Part shown: positions 49,694-58,071 of the stretch, piece by piece
Position numbering within the stretch: position 1 is the stretch's first letter
Layout: each line of letters begins with the position of its first letter
Assembly: GCA_035262645.1 (NCBI GenBank)
Contig: DATFSK010000015.1
Coordinates: 22,729-86,728, forward strand
From: Terriglobales bacterium
GTDB taxonomy: Bacteria; Acidobacteriota; Terriglobia; Terriglobales; Acidobacteriaceae
Reading direction: 5' to 3'
DNA length: 64,000 nucleotides
Program-made: the position numbers and the translations under genes
Notes under the pieces: generated by a model
The model's input: only the letters and a program-made list of their open reading frames with translations
Told to the model about the DNA's origin: nothing
Database searches by the model: none

Positions 49694-50089
49694 GTGTCGA
49701 TCATGTCTGAAGATAAGCGCGATGTGCTGGAAGTCCTTCGTTATGAACTGAATTTCCTCGAACAGGGCGGCTACGGCAACTGGTACAGCACGCCTTGGGG
49801 GCCGGCCTCCATCTTCCAGGATTCCCTTACCTGCCCCAATCATGGCGATCCCACGCGCCCTCATGCCTGCCGCGAGTGCCTGCTCTGGGACTTCGTGCCC
49901 GAGCAGTACCGCACCGAAGATGTTCCCTGCCACCACATTCCACTGAATCGCAACGGCGTCACCATTGCCACCCCAAACCAGACCGAAGAGGATCTGCGCG
50001 AAAACGTTAAACATTGGCTGAAGCGCACCATTGCACGAATCGAGGCTGAGCGCGCAGCCCAGACCAGGAACTCAAAGAAGTCGGCCTGA
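49694..50089 (+). CDS. hypothetical Cys/His-containing protein
   Basis: 131 aa. CPNHGDPTRPHACRECLLWDF...CHH suggests metal binding. No family recognised. Confidence 0.55.
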   Translation: MSIMSEDKRDVLEVLRYELNFLEQGGYGNWYSTPWGPASIFQDSLTCPNHGDPTRPHACRECLLWDFVPEQYRTEDVPCHHIPLNRNGVTIATPNQTEEDLRENVKHWLKRTIARIEAERAAQTRNSKKSA

Positions 50090-50218
50090 GCCGACAGCCG
50101 CGCCGTCATTTGGATTCCCATTTTGGAACAAGCAACCGTTTCCTTCTGTTCTTTACCGTCCCATCCCCTTGCTTTGCAATTACAATCCCCCTGATCTTTT
50201 CACTCGGGGGATTTCTTC

Positions 50219-50734
50219 ATGCAACGCAGCTTTGCCTCCTTGAGACCGCAAGAGGTCTTGCACATTGCTCTCTGCATCGAGCAGCGCAACGCCGGTATCT
50301 ATCATCGCTTCGCCGAAATGTTCACCGAGTTTGGCGATCCCGAGTCGCTGGAGATCGCAGCTGTGTTCTGGGAGATGGCGGTCGAAGAGCGCGAGCATCA
50401 TGCCTTGCTTGAGCGCCAGTACATACAACAGTACGGCAATCCCGTCCGCTCGTTCTCCGAGGAAGAACTGGTTGAGTTTATCGAGGTGCCCCGTCTGGAG
50501 CACGGCGACGTCTTCGGCGCCGTGGATGGCCTCGCCGCGCGCCAGGCCGCCCTGCAGGTGGCATTGCAGGCCGAGGTCAGCGCGCAACTCTTCTACACCA
50601 GGATGACCGAGCAAACCGCCGATGCCGCCCTCCGCCAGACTTATTACAACCTGGCGCAGATGGAGGACGGTCACGTCGCGTTTCTCGAAGCGAAGCTGTC
50701 TCAGGACACCACCGCCAAACCTATTCTGCAGTGA
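50219..50734 (+). CDS. ferritin-like / rubrerythrin-family diiron protein
   Basis: 171 aa with two ExxH motifs (EEREHHALLE, MEDGHVAFLE) in a four-helix pattern. Confidence 0.7.
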   Translation: MQRSFASLRPQEVLHIALCIEQRNAGIYHRFAEMFTEFGDPESLEIAAVFWEMAVEEREHHALLERQYIQQYGNPVRSFSEEELVEFIEVPRLEHGDVFGAVDGLAARQAALQVALQAEVSAQLFYTRMTEQTADAALRQTYYNLAQMEDGHVAFLEAKLSQDTTAKPILQ

Positions 50735-50758
50735 GCAGGCCGGCCCTTGGAAACACTA

Positions 50759-50911
50759 TCAGCGTTCCGGCTCATTAGAGTCCTTCTTGCCGCGCAGTTC
50801 TTCTTTCACTTTACGGCGCACGATTCCGTGAAACCGCTTCTTGCCCTCCGGCCGTAAGTGCTTTGCCCATTCGCCCGAGGCAGTGTCGGTCGGCTTATCT
50901 GTGCGTGCCAT
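50759..50911 (-). CDS. hypothetical small basic protein (50 aa)
   Basis: Below the ORF-track cutoff. GGGAGG lies 5 nt upstream of the ATG, and the ORF starts 13 nt after the DinB gene stop. Hand translation: MARTDKPTDTASGEWAKHLRPEGKKRFHGIVRRKVKEELRGKKDSNEPER. Confidence 0.5.
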   Translation of the reverse strand: MARTDKPTDTASGEWAKHLRPEGKKRFHGIVRRKVKEELRGKKDSNEPER

Positions 50912-50924
50912 GTTTGCCTCCCGC

Positions 50925-51494
50925 CTATCGCACCTTCAGCCCATACTTCTGCGTTGAAGGCGGCACAATCCCGTTCATCCGCAGATACTCGACAAGCTGC
51001 CCATAATGATCGGAGACATGCCACACCGCTGCCACGGCCACCCCCAGCTTCGTGTTCGGCGCCGCATACCGTCCATTCACGCGGGCCAAAGCGTTCTGCG
51101 TGTTGATGGTCGTCAGCACCTTGTTACCGTAGTCGAACGATTCGCGCAGGTATTGCAGCAATTCCTCTTTACTCTGCGCCTTCGCTGGCCCGCCCCTCTC
51201 GCATCCTTCCGGCGGCGTTTTGCCCTCGATCTCGTTGAAGAACGCAAAATTCGCGCAGGCCACGTGTTTTACCTGCTCGCCAAACGAGCGCGCGTCCTTG
51301 AAACTTCCCGCGGTCGGGATGAATGAATACTTGTCGGCGGGCATTGCTTCAGCCAACGCAAGAAACTGTCGCTGGGCGAGCTCCAGCATTTCCCCCACGC
51401 TCTCCGCGATGTTCTTCGGAATCTCATCCTGCTGAGCCCAGGCGGGAGAAGCAGCCAATATCAAAGCCAAGGCCAAGCGCGCGGCAGTCTTCAT
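50925..51494 (-). CDS. DinB family protein with signal peptide
   Basis: 189 aa. Signal peptide MKTAARLALALILAASPAWAQQ and a DinB-like His pattern (VKHVACANF, WHVSDHYGQLVEYL). Confidence 0.75.
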   Translation of the reverse strand: MKTAARLALALILAASPAWAQQDEIPKNIAESVGEMLELAQRQFLALAEAMPADKYSFIPTAGSFKDARSFGEQVKHVACANFAFFNEIEGKTPPEGCERGGPAKAQSKEELLQYLRESFDYGNKVLTTINTQNALARVNGRYAAPNTKLGVAVAAVWHVSDHYGQLVEYLRMNGIVPPSTQKYGLKVR

Positions 51495-51657
51495 CTGTTC
51501 CTCCTCATCGACCGCAAGAAATCATATTTGATCGTAGCCATTCGCCTATCGTCATCCTGCGATTCGCACGCATTGTCCCACACTAGTGGCACGCAAAAAT
51601 GTCTGGCATTGCCTGTTCTCGTGATAGGATGCGCTATCCTTATAGGCAGGAGTAGAC

Positions 51658-51834
51658 ATGCTCGATAATCTGTTTCAGCCCACCCACCTGCTGGTGATTC
51701 TCTTTATCGCCTTGCTGGTGTTCGGACCCAAGAAGCTTCCCGAACTTGGAAAGGGATTAGGCGAAGCCATCCGTGGCTTCAAAGAGTCGATGAACAGCAA
51801 TGACGCCGCTGCAGATCAGGAAAAGAAGGCGTAA
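51658..51834 (+). CDS. tatA: twin-arginine translocase subunit TatA/E
   Basis: 58 aa, below the ORF-track cutoff. AGGAG lies 6 nt upstream. MLDNLFQPTHLLVILFIALLVFGPKKLPELGKGLGEAIRGFKESMN. Confidence 0.85.
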   Translation: MLDNLFQPTHLLVILFIALLVFGPKKLPELGKGLGEAIRGFKESMNSNDAAADQEKKA

Positions 51835-51873
51835 TCGCTCGCCCCAGCGCCCCTCCGGACAAGGCGCAATTCG

Positions 51874-52137
51874 ATGCCTGACATTCTCTTCATTTTGCTA
51901 TTGGCTCTGGTGATCTTCGGTCCCAAGCGGCTGCCGGAGATCGCCCGCCAGCTGGCGAAGTTCATGGTGCAGTTTCGCATGATGCGTGACGATCTGAAGC
52001 GCCAATTAAACGCCGAGCTGCTTAAGATCGACCTGGAAGAGAAGCAGAAAGCTGCCGCGCTCCCACCTCGACCCGTGCAAACTGAACCGCAACCTGTCCC
52101 GACCGACCAACTGGCGGAAAACTCACCCACCGGGTGA
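51874..52137 (+). CDS. tatB: twin-arginine translocase TatA/TatB family protein (probable TatB)
   Basis: 87 aa. MPDILFILLLALVIFGPKRLPEIARQLAKFMVQFR, then an amphipathic helix. Confidence 0.75.
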   Translation: MPDILFILLLALVIFGPKRLPEIARQLAKFMVQFRMMRDDLKRQLNAELLKIDLEEKQKAAALPPRPVQTEPQPVPTDQLAENSPTG

Positions 52138-52174
52138 CATCGCTGTCGCCGACAGGATCCTCTTTCCTCCGCAA

Positions 52175-52213
52175 TTGTCATCCCGAGCGCAGCCGAGGGA
52201 TCTGTGGTTCGCC
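52175..52213 (+). repeat. TTGTCATCC-type repeat, short canonical variant
   Basis: ttgtcatcccgagcgcagccgagggatctgtggttcgcc. Confidence 0.8.
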
Positions 52214-52310
52214 CGAGCTCGCATGATGTTTTGTGCCGAAATTATTGCCCCGTTTCTTGCTCCACAGTGATACATTGTCTGAAATTTCACTACTCGGGGT
52301 TCACTGAACG

Positions 52311-53012
52311 ATGTCTCTCTCCCTGGAATCTCGTCCCTGCGGCAAGGTCTATCTCATCAAATGCTCCGGTCGAATCGTCACCGGTGAAGAAAGCGCCGTC
52401 CTGCAGGCCGCCATCAATCGCGCCCTGATGGAATTCAACCGTCTGGTGCTCGACGTCTCCGACGTCGAACGCGTTGACAGTAGCGGCTTGGGACTGCTGG
52501 TGCGTTTCCTCTCGCACACTCGCAATCACGGCGGCGACCTTCGCCTCGCCGCGCCTCAAAATTTCTTTCGCAGTTTGCTCGAAATGACGAAGCTGTCCAC
52601 AATTTTTCGCATCTACGACAGCGAGGAAGAAGCCGTCATCTCTTTCCTGAAAGAGCCTGCCACCCAAAATCCGGCCGCCGGAAAACCCGGCCCGCTGGTG
52701 CTCTTCGTCGATCAGTCGCCTGACCTCTGTGCCTTCGTACGATCCATGCTGAACCGCCATGGATATGAGGTGCTTTCCACCTGCCGTATGCGCGATGCCA
52801 GGACGCTCCTCAGCGCGGCGGACGTCGACTACATCGTGCTCGGCCCAGAGAGCTCGCAGCTGCCTTCCGACAATATCGCGGCTTCGCTCAAGCTGCTGGC
52901 GCCCAAAGCAGTGACCGTGCAGCTGGAAACCGGTTTCCAACTCGGCGACCCCGAAAGCGCAAGCGCCGAGTTGCTGCAGCGAATGCAGGCCGGCACCGGC
53001 GCCTCACGCTGA
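52311..53012 (+). CDS. STAS domain (anti-sigma-factor antagonist-like) fused to a degenerate receiver-like domain
   Basis: 233 aa. STAS pattern LVLDVSDVERVDSSGLGLLV. The C-terminal half resembles REC (LVLFVDQS...) but has Gly where the phospho-acceptor Asp is expected (DYIVLGP). Confidence 0.7.
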   Translation: MSLSLESRPCGKVYLIKCSGRIVTGEESAVLQAAINRALMEFNRLVLDVSDVERVDSSGLGLLVRFLSHTRNHGGDLRLAAPQNFFRSLLEMTKLSTIFRIYDSEEEAVISFLKEPATQNPAAGKPGPLVLFVDQSPDLCAFVRSMLNRHGYEVLSTCRMRDARTLLSAADVDYIVLGPESSQLPSDNIAASLKLLAPKAVTVQLETGFQLGDPESASAELLQRMQAGTGASR

Positions 53013-53046
53013 ACCGGGGAAGGAGCGACTCCCAATCTGTCATCGG

Positions 53047-53109
53047 CCAACTGCCATTTGCTGATTGCTAATTGTCAATTACTAATTACTAGCTACCAAC
53101 TACCGACAT
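53047..53109. repeat. 7-nt-period tandem array (CYNAYTR)x9 ending in the start codon of the next gene
   Basis: ccaactg ccatttg ctgattg ctaattg tcaatta ctaatta ctagcta ccaacta ccgacat. Confidence 0.8.
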
Positions 53110-53473
53110 GCCACCCACACTCATCGCAAAACCCACGCGCATCACCGCTGCCGGAAATAAACCCAAGCTGATCGACGAATACATCGGACGCGTGAACTCG
53201 AAGCACTCCGCCGTCAGCGTCGCTCACATGCGCAGCCCGCAAGGCTGGATCGAGCCCTGCCAGAAGCCTGACTTCGACGAATTCACCATCGTGCTGCGCG
53301 GCATGTTGCGGGTGAAATCCGATTCCGGTGAGCTCGACATCAATGCCGGCCAGGCCGTGGTCACACATGCAGGCGAATGGGTACAGTATTCGACTCCTGC
53401 TGCCGATGGCGCGGAGTACATTGCTGTCTGCCTTCCAGCGTTCTCCATGGACACGGTGCATCGCGATGAATGA
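53108..53473 (+). CDS. cupin domain protein
   Basis: 121 aa with a beta-barrel cupin-like pattern (FDEFTIVLRGMLRVKSDSGELDINAGQAVV). Confidence 0.65.
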   Translation: MPPTLIAKPTRITAAGNKPKLIDEYIGRVNSKHSAVSVAHMRSPQGWIEPCQKPDFDEFTIVLRGMLRVKSDSGELDINAGQAVVTHAGEWVQYSTPAADGAEYIAVCLPAFSMDTVHRDE

Positions 53474-53867
53474 CCATCAGGCCGTCCGCTTCGCCCGCGG
53501 GATCTTCCTCGTCGCCGGAGTGCTCGGCCTGATGGAGATCGTTCCGCTCTATTTCCTCGAAGCCACCATCGGCATCAAGCAACCGCCTCCGATCACGCAC
53601 CCCGGCTTCTACTACGGCTTTGTCGGCGTCACCCTCGCCTGGCAGATTGCGTTCCTCATCATTTCGCGCGATCCCCTACGCTACCTGCCGCTCATGCCTG
53701 CGCTTTTTCTGGAGAAAGTGCTGTATCCGATTGCCGTGTTCACCCTGTTCGCACAGGGCCGCACGCCGGCGCAAAACCTGCCAACGGCGATCATCGACTT
53801 GATCTGGTTCGTGCTGTTCGTGATTGTATGGGTGCGGCTCCGCTCCGTTCAGCGGGAGGTCGTGTGA
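53466..53867 (+). CDS. hypothetical membrane protein (4 TM)
   Basis: Internal Met MNDHQAVRFARGIFLVAGVLGLMEIVPLYF. The start overlaps the cupin gene stop and the stop overlaps the panE start. Confidence 0.55.
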   Translation: MNDHQAVRFARGIFLVAGVLGLMEIVPLYFLEATIGIKQPPPITHPGFYYGFVGVTLAWQIAFLIISRDPLRYLPLMPALFLEKVLYPIAVFTLFAQGRTPAQNLPTAIIDLIWFVLFVIVWVRLRSVQREVV

Positions 53868-54748
53868 AGCACGCAGTCTTGGGAGTTGGCGCGATCGGAG
53901 GCCTCATAGGAGTGGCCCTCGTCTCTGCCGGTGAGGACGTGACATTTATTGTTCGCGCAGAGAAGGCGGCTGATTATCCCGACCACCTGACACTGGAACA
54001 GCCCACCGACAGCATCACTGTCGCGGCGCCGGCGGTTACGAAATTAACCGATTCCGTTGACGTGCTCTGGATCGCAACCAAAGCCTACCAGCTCGAGTCC
54101 GCGCTGCTATCCGTGAATGCCATCCCGCGACTCATCGTGCCGCTATTGAACGGAGTCGATCACATTGCGCTCTTACGATCGCGCTTCGGTCATGACCGCG
54201 TCATACCTGCCACCATAGCAGTGGAAGCAGACCGCACTGCGCAAGATCGCTTCGTCCAACGCTCGATGGTTCGCCTCAGCCTGGCGGCAAGTGGACGCGC
54301 TTTGCTGAGTTCGCTTTTTGCAACGTTGCAGGAGCGCCTCGGTTTTATCTGTCGCTTTGTTGAAAATGAGCAGACGTTGCTCTGGACCAAGCTCTGCTTT
54401 CTCGCTCCGTTCGCGCTGGCTTCGTCCGCCTCAGGCAAGAACAAGGGCGACATCATCTCCGATCCCGAATGGAAGTCGACGCTATACTCCACTATTGCGG
54501 AAGCCACCGCCGTCGCGAAAGCTTATGGCGCAGAGATTGACGCCACCGCAATCCAGACCATCCTCGATACTTCACCGGACACGATGCGTAGTTCCATGTT
54601 GAAGGACTTGATCGCAGGCCGCCAGCCTGAGCTCGACGCCATCGGCGGCCCCATCGTTCGCGGCGGCGAGAAGTTCCATATACCGACGCCTATGACGAAG
54701 AGGTTAATCGCGGAGATCACCGCAAGTGCGAGCGCTGTCAGGCTTTGA
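53864..54748 (+). CDS. panE: 2-dehydropantoate 2-reductase (ketopantoate reductase family)
   Basis: GTG start with GGGAGG upstream. Rossmann VLGVGAIGGLIG and an ApbA-like C-terminal domain. Confidence 0.75.
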   Translation: MKHAVLGVGAIGGLIGVALVSAGEDVTFIVRAEKAADYPDHLTLEQPTDSITVAAPAVTKLTDSVDVLWIATKAYQLESALLSVNAIPRLIVPLLNGVDHIALLRSRFGHDRVIPATIAVEADRTAQDRFVQRSMVRLSLAASGRALLSSLFATLQERLGFICRFVENEQTLLWTKLCFLAPFALASSASGKNKGDIISDPEWKSTLYSTIAEATAVAKAYGAEIDATAIQTILDTSPDTMRSSMLKDLIAGRQPELDAIGGPIVRGGEKFHIPTPMTKRLIAEITASASAVRL

Positions 54749-54765
54749 TTTGGTTAGGCTTTGAT

Positions 54766-54804
54766 TTGTCATCCCGAGCGGAGCCGAGGGATCTGCGGCT
54801 TCGC
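54766..54804 (+). repeat. TTGTCATCC-type repeat, short canonical variant
   Basis: ttgtcatcccgagcggagccgagggatctgcggcttcgc. Confidence 0.8.
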
Positions 54805-54812
54805 GCGCAGCG

Positions 54813-56105
54813 TTAGAACTTCTTGGCCGTAATCCGCTCCACCCCAAGGTAGGGACGCAACACCTCCGGAACAACGACGCTCCCATCGGCCTGCTGATAG
54901 TTCTCCACAATCGCCACCCAAGTCCGCCCGATCGCCAACCCGCTGCCGTTGAGCGTGTGCACCAGTTCCGTCTTCTTCCCGCCTTCAGGCCGATAGCGGA
55001 TATTCGCACGCCGCGCCTGATAATCCAGAAAATTCGAGCATGATGAAATCTCGCGATAGAGCTGCTGGCCCGGGAGCCACACTTCCAGATCGTATGTTTT
55101 GGCCGATGACGCTCCCATGTCGGCCGTGCTCAAAACCATGACGCGATAAGGCAGCCCCAGCTTTTGCAGCACCTCTTCCGCGTCGTGCGTAAGCTTTTCG
55201 TGTTCTTCCCATGACTGCTCGGGTTTCGTGAACTTCACCAGTTCGACTTTCTGGAACTGGTGCTGGCGAATGATGCCGCGCACATCTTTGCCGTACGATC
55301 CAGCTTCGCTGCGAAAGCATGGTGTGTACGCCGTGAGCGAAATCGGCAACCGCGCGCCATCCAGCGTCTCGTCACGATAGAGATTCGTCACCGGAACTTC
55401 GGCGGTGGGAATCAGGTAGAAGTTCTTGTCGCCGTGCGGTACTTTGAACGAGTCTGCCTCAAACTTCGGCAGCTGCCCAGTGCCGTACATTGAGTCGGCG
55501 TTGACCATGAACGGCGGCAGCACCTCGGTATACCCGTGCTCGCGCGTATGCAGGTCGAGCATGAAGTTCATCAGCGCACGTTCCAGCTTCGCACCCAAGT
55601 CCCAATAGACCGCAAATCGCGCACCACTCAGCTTGGCCGCGCGCTCCAGATCGAGCACGCCCAACTCCTCACCAAGCTCCCAATGAGGCTTAGGCGTGAA
55701 GTCGAACTGAGGCAGAGTCCCCCATCGCCGCACCTCAACGTTATTCGCCTCACTGGTGCCGACAGGCACGCTGTCATCTGGGAGGTTGGGCAGGCCGACG
55801 AGAATATTCCGTAAGCGGGCATCCGCCTCCTCGGCCTTCTTTTCAGCGTCTGCGATCTTCTCCCGTAGCTCTTTCGTCTCGTTGATCAGCGCCGTCGCGT
55901 CCTGCTTTTCCTTCTTGAGCCGTGCAATCTCCTCCGTTGCCTTATTACGACGAGCCTTCAGAGTCTCAGCTTCTGTGATTGCGGTACGGCGTTCCGCATC
56001 GATCGCATGGAAGTCTCCGAGGATGGCCTCCGGATTCATCCCGCGCTGACGGATTTTTTCCTGGACTAAAGGCAGATGATCGCGGACAAAGGCGAGATCG
56101 AGCAT
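54813..56105 (-). CDS. serS: serine--tRNA ligase
   Basis: 430 aa with an N-terminal coiled-coil arm and class II motifs ([25 protein letters not shown]). Confidence 0.97.
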   Translation of the reverse strand: MLDLAFVRDHLPLVQEKIRQRGMNPEAILGDFHAIDAERRTAITEAETLKARRNKATEEIARLKKEKQDATALINETKELREKIADAEKKAEEADARLRNILVGLPNLPDDSVPVGTSEANNVEVRRWGTLPQFDFTPKPHWELGEELGVLDLERAAKLSGARFAVYWDLGAKLERALMNFMLDLHTREHGYTEVLPPFMVNADSMYGTGQLPKFEADSFKVPHGDKNFYLIPTAEVPVTNLYRDETLDGARLPISLTAYTPCFRSEAGSYGKDVRGIIRQHQFQKVELVKFTKPEQSWEEHEKLTHDAEEVLQKLGLPYRVMVLSTADMGASSAKTYDLEVWLPGQQLYREISSCSNFLDYQARRANIRYRPEGGKKTELVHTLNGSGLAIGRTWVAIVENYQQADGSVVVPEVLRPYLGVERITAKKF

Positions 56106-56170
56106 AGAAGATCAGAGTAATTGAAGAAGGTGCGCATCACCAAACCGCCTCGAACCAACCAAACTGTTTT

Positions 56171-56299
56171 GAACCACAGAGACACAGAGACACAGAGAAA
56201 AAGCGAAGGCAGGTTTTTCAGGATCAAATCAGTAAGCATCGCTCTTAGGCAAACCACATCACTGGAAGACTTTCAGTTTTCTCTGTGTCTCTGTGGTTC
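56171..56299. repeat. 129-bp element bounded by CACAGAGA-type terminal inverted repeats (MITE-like or long hairpin)
   Basis: The left arm is gaaccacagagacacagagacacagagaaaaa (56171-56202). The right arm is ttttctctgtgtctctgtggttc (56277-56299). Its reverse complement matches the left arm apart from one 8-nt unit. Confidence 0.7.
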
Positions 56300-56300
56300 A

Positions 56301-57086
56301 CTAGCTCTTTCTTACAACCGACTCAAAATCCCGCTGCTTCTGAGCCAGCCGCTCGTGCCACTGGGCGGCAGCGCGCACAAAGGCCTGGAACATTGCTTGC
56401 GACGCTGCCTCGCTGTCGTAGGTGCGCTCGGGATGCCACTGTACGCCCAGCACAAAGTGATCGGGCGCCGTGCCTTCCACCGCCTCCTTCACGCCGTCGT
56501 CAGAACACCATCCCACCAGCCGCAATCCATCACCCAGTGCCTCCACCGCCTGGCGATGGCTGGAATTTACCGGAATTTGCAACGGCTTGCTCTCCGGCAG
56601 CGCTTCAGCTTCCCGCAGAATCGTAGCGAGATGCGAGTCAGGCTCAATCTGCACCTGGTGGGCCCGCGCTACCCTGCGGCCAGGCTTATGATTCACTCCT
56701 CCCGGCAGCGCCTGCTGCAGCGTGCCCGTTCGCCACACGTTCAGCGACTGAAGTCCATAGCAGATCCCGAACACCGGCTTGCGCATGTTGTAGGCATCCT
56801 GCAACAGCAGCTCGTCCGTGTTGTCGCGGAAAGGATCGGAGGGCGCCGTCTCAGGATGCCGCGCTGCGCCGTACTTCTCAGGATCGACATCGGCCGGACT
56901 GCCGGGCAGCAGCACGCCATCGCACGACTTCACTGCCTGTGCAATCTCTGAGGGTGTCGCCTCAACCGCAATGATCACCGGCTCGCCGCCTGCATTGCGA
57001 ACGGCCCGTTCGTATTCCGGCAGGGAAGTGCTCACGTAATTCGGCCGCGTCGAGTTCGGCACCGGAATGGCAATGCGAGGTTTCAT
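56301..57086 (-). CDS. gamma-glutamyl-gamma-aminobutyrate hydrolase family protein (class I glutamine amidotransferase, peptidase C26)
   Basis: Internal Met MKPRIAIPVP. Nucleophile motif GICYGLQSLN and GVQWHPE. Confidence 0.8.
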   Translation of the reverse strand: MKPRIAIPVPNSTRPNYVSTSLPEYERAVRNAGGEPVIIAVEATPSEIAQAVKSCDGVLLPGSPADVDPEKYGAARHPETAPSDPFRDNTDELLLQDAYNMRKPVFGICYGLQSLNVWRTGTLQQALPGGVNHKPGRRVARAHQVQIEPDSHLATILREAEALPESKPLQIPVNSSHRQAVEALGDGLRLVGWCSDDGVKEAVEGTAPDHFVLGVQWHPERTYDSEAASQAMFQAFVRAAAQWHERLAQKQRDFESVVRKS

Positions 57087-57093
57087 GAATCGC

Positions 57094-57954
57094 TCAGGTA
57101 TGCAACATGGGCCGAGGCTCGCCCTCGCCGCTCTCACTCAGTTGCGGCAAGCGCTTCGTCTGAGAATCGTACAAGTCCGCGATCACCTGCCGAACCTGCG
57201 TCGCAAGCTTCTCCATATCGCGCAGGCGAAGTCCGGCCGTAGGAATCGGCTCGCCGATCACCAGCGCGACCTCTCCCGGAACCATGTGGAAACTGTTTAT
57301 CGGCAGCAGTTCGTAGCTGCCGACGATCGCCATCGGCACCACGGGCGCCTGGGCGCGAATCGCAACGTAAAACGCTCCGCCCATGAACTCCTGCAGTTCA
57401 CCCGTCGCCGAGCGCCCGCCTTCAGGGAAGACGACCAGCGGCATGCCGCGCTTCAACGCGTCACCCGCACGGTTCAGGCTCCGTAGCGACGCGTGCGCAT
57501 CGCCGAACACAATCGGAATCTGGCCCGAGCGCTTCAAATACCATCCCAGAAACGGATATCGAAACAGCGACCGCTTCGCCATGATGCGAAACTGCCCCGG
57601 CAGGCTGGAATACAGCACCGGTATATCGATCGCGGAAAGATGATTCGCCGCATAGATCGCCGGCTGCGGCGGGTGAAGATGCTGGAGCCCTTCAACGCGC
57701 ACACGAATGCCGACCGTCTTCAGTATCACCCGCGCCCAGATGTGGGCGATGCGATGCTGCACCCGGCCCGTCCCGTCGAACACCGAAGCCAGCAGCGCCA
57801 GCGACCCCAGGATCCCCGTATACAGATAAACGATCGGCACACAGAAGAGGTAGGAGCGCAGGCGTGTCAGCAGCGATCCTCGCCGCCGGCTTTGATTCTT
57901 TCGTTCTGCGTAAGACGGGGTCATTCTGTTGTTTGCGTAGTGCCTTTCAGCCAA
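57094..57954 (-). CDS. plsC: 1-acyl-sn-glycerol-3-phosphate acyltransferase
   Basis: HX4D motif (NHLSAID) and FPEGGRS. The start is ATG 57954 or 57921. Confidence 0.85.
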   Translation of the reverse strand: MAERHYANNRMTPSYAERKNQSRRRGSLLTRLRSYLFCVPIVYLYTGILGSLALLASVFDGTGRVQHRIAHIWARVILKTVGIRVRVEGLQHLHPPQPAIYAANHLSAIDIPVLYSSLPGQFRIMAKRSLFRYPFLGWYLKRSGQIPIVFGDAHASLRSLNRAGDALKRGMPLVVFPEGGRSATGELQEFMGGAFYVAIRAQAPVVPMAIVGSYELLPINSFHMVPGEVALVIGEPIPTAGLRLRDMEKLATQVRQVIADLYDSQTKRLPQLSESGEGEPRPMLHT

Positions 57955-58029
57955 TTCTTACCGATAACGATCGGGTAGGAGCATCGATTTAACCTGGAGA
58001 TGCCAAAACTCTCTCAGGTTTTACTTTAA

Positions 58030-58057
58030 CTCTGTGCTCTCAGTGTCTCTGTGGTTA
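58030..58057 (-). repeat. CACAGAGA-type repeat arm (solo, reversed)
   Basis: ctctgtgctctcagtgtctctgtggtta, which is the reverse complement of taaccacagagacactgagagcacagag. Lies 15 nt from the folC stop. Confidence 0.55.
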
Positions 58058-58071
58058 GGTCAGCGCCTCCT

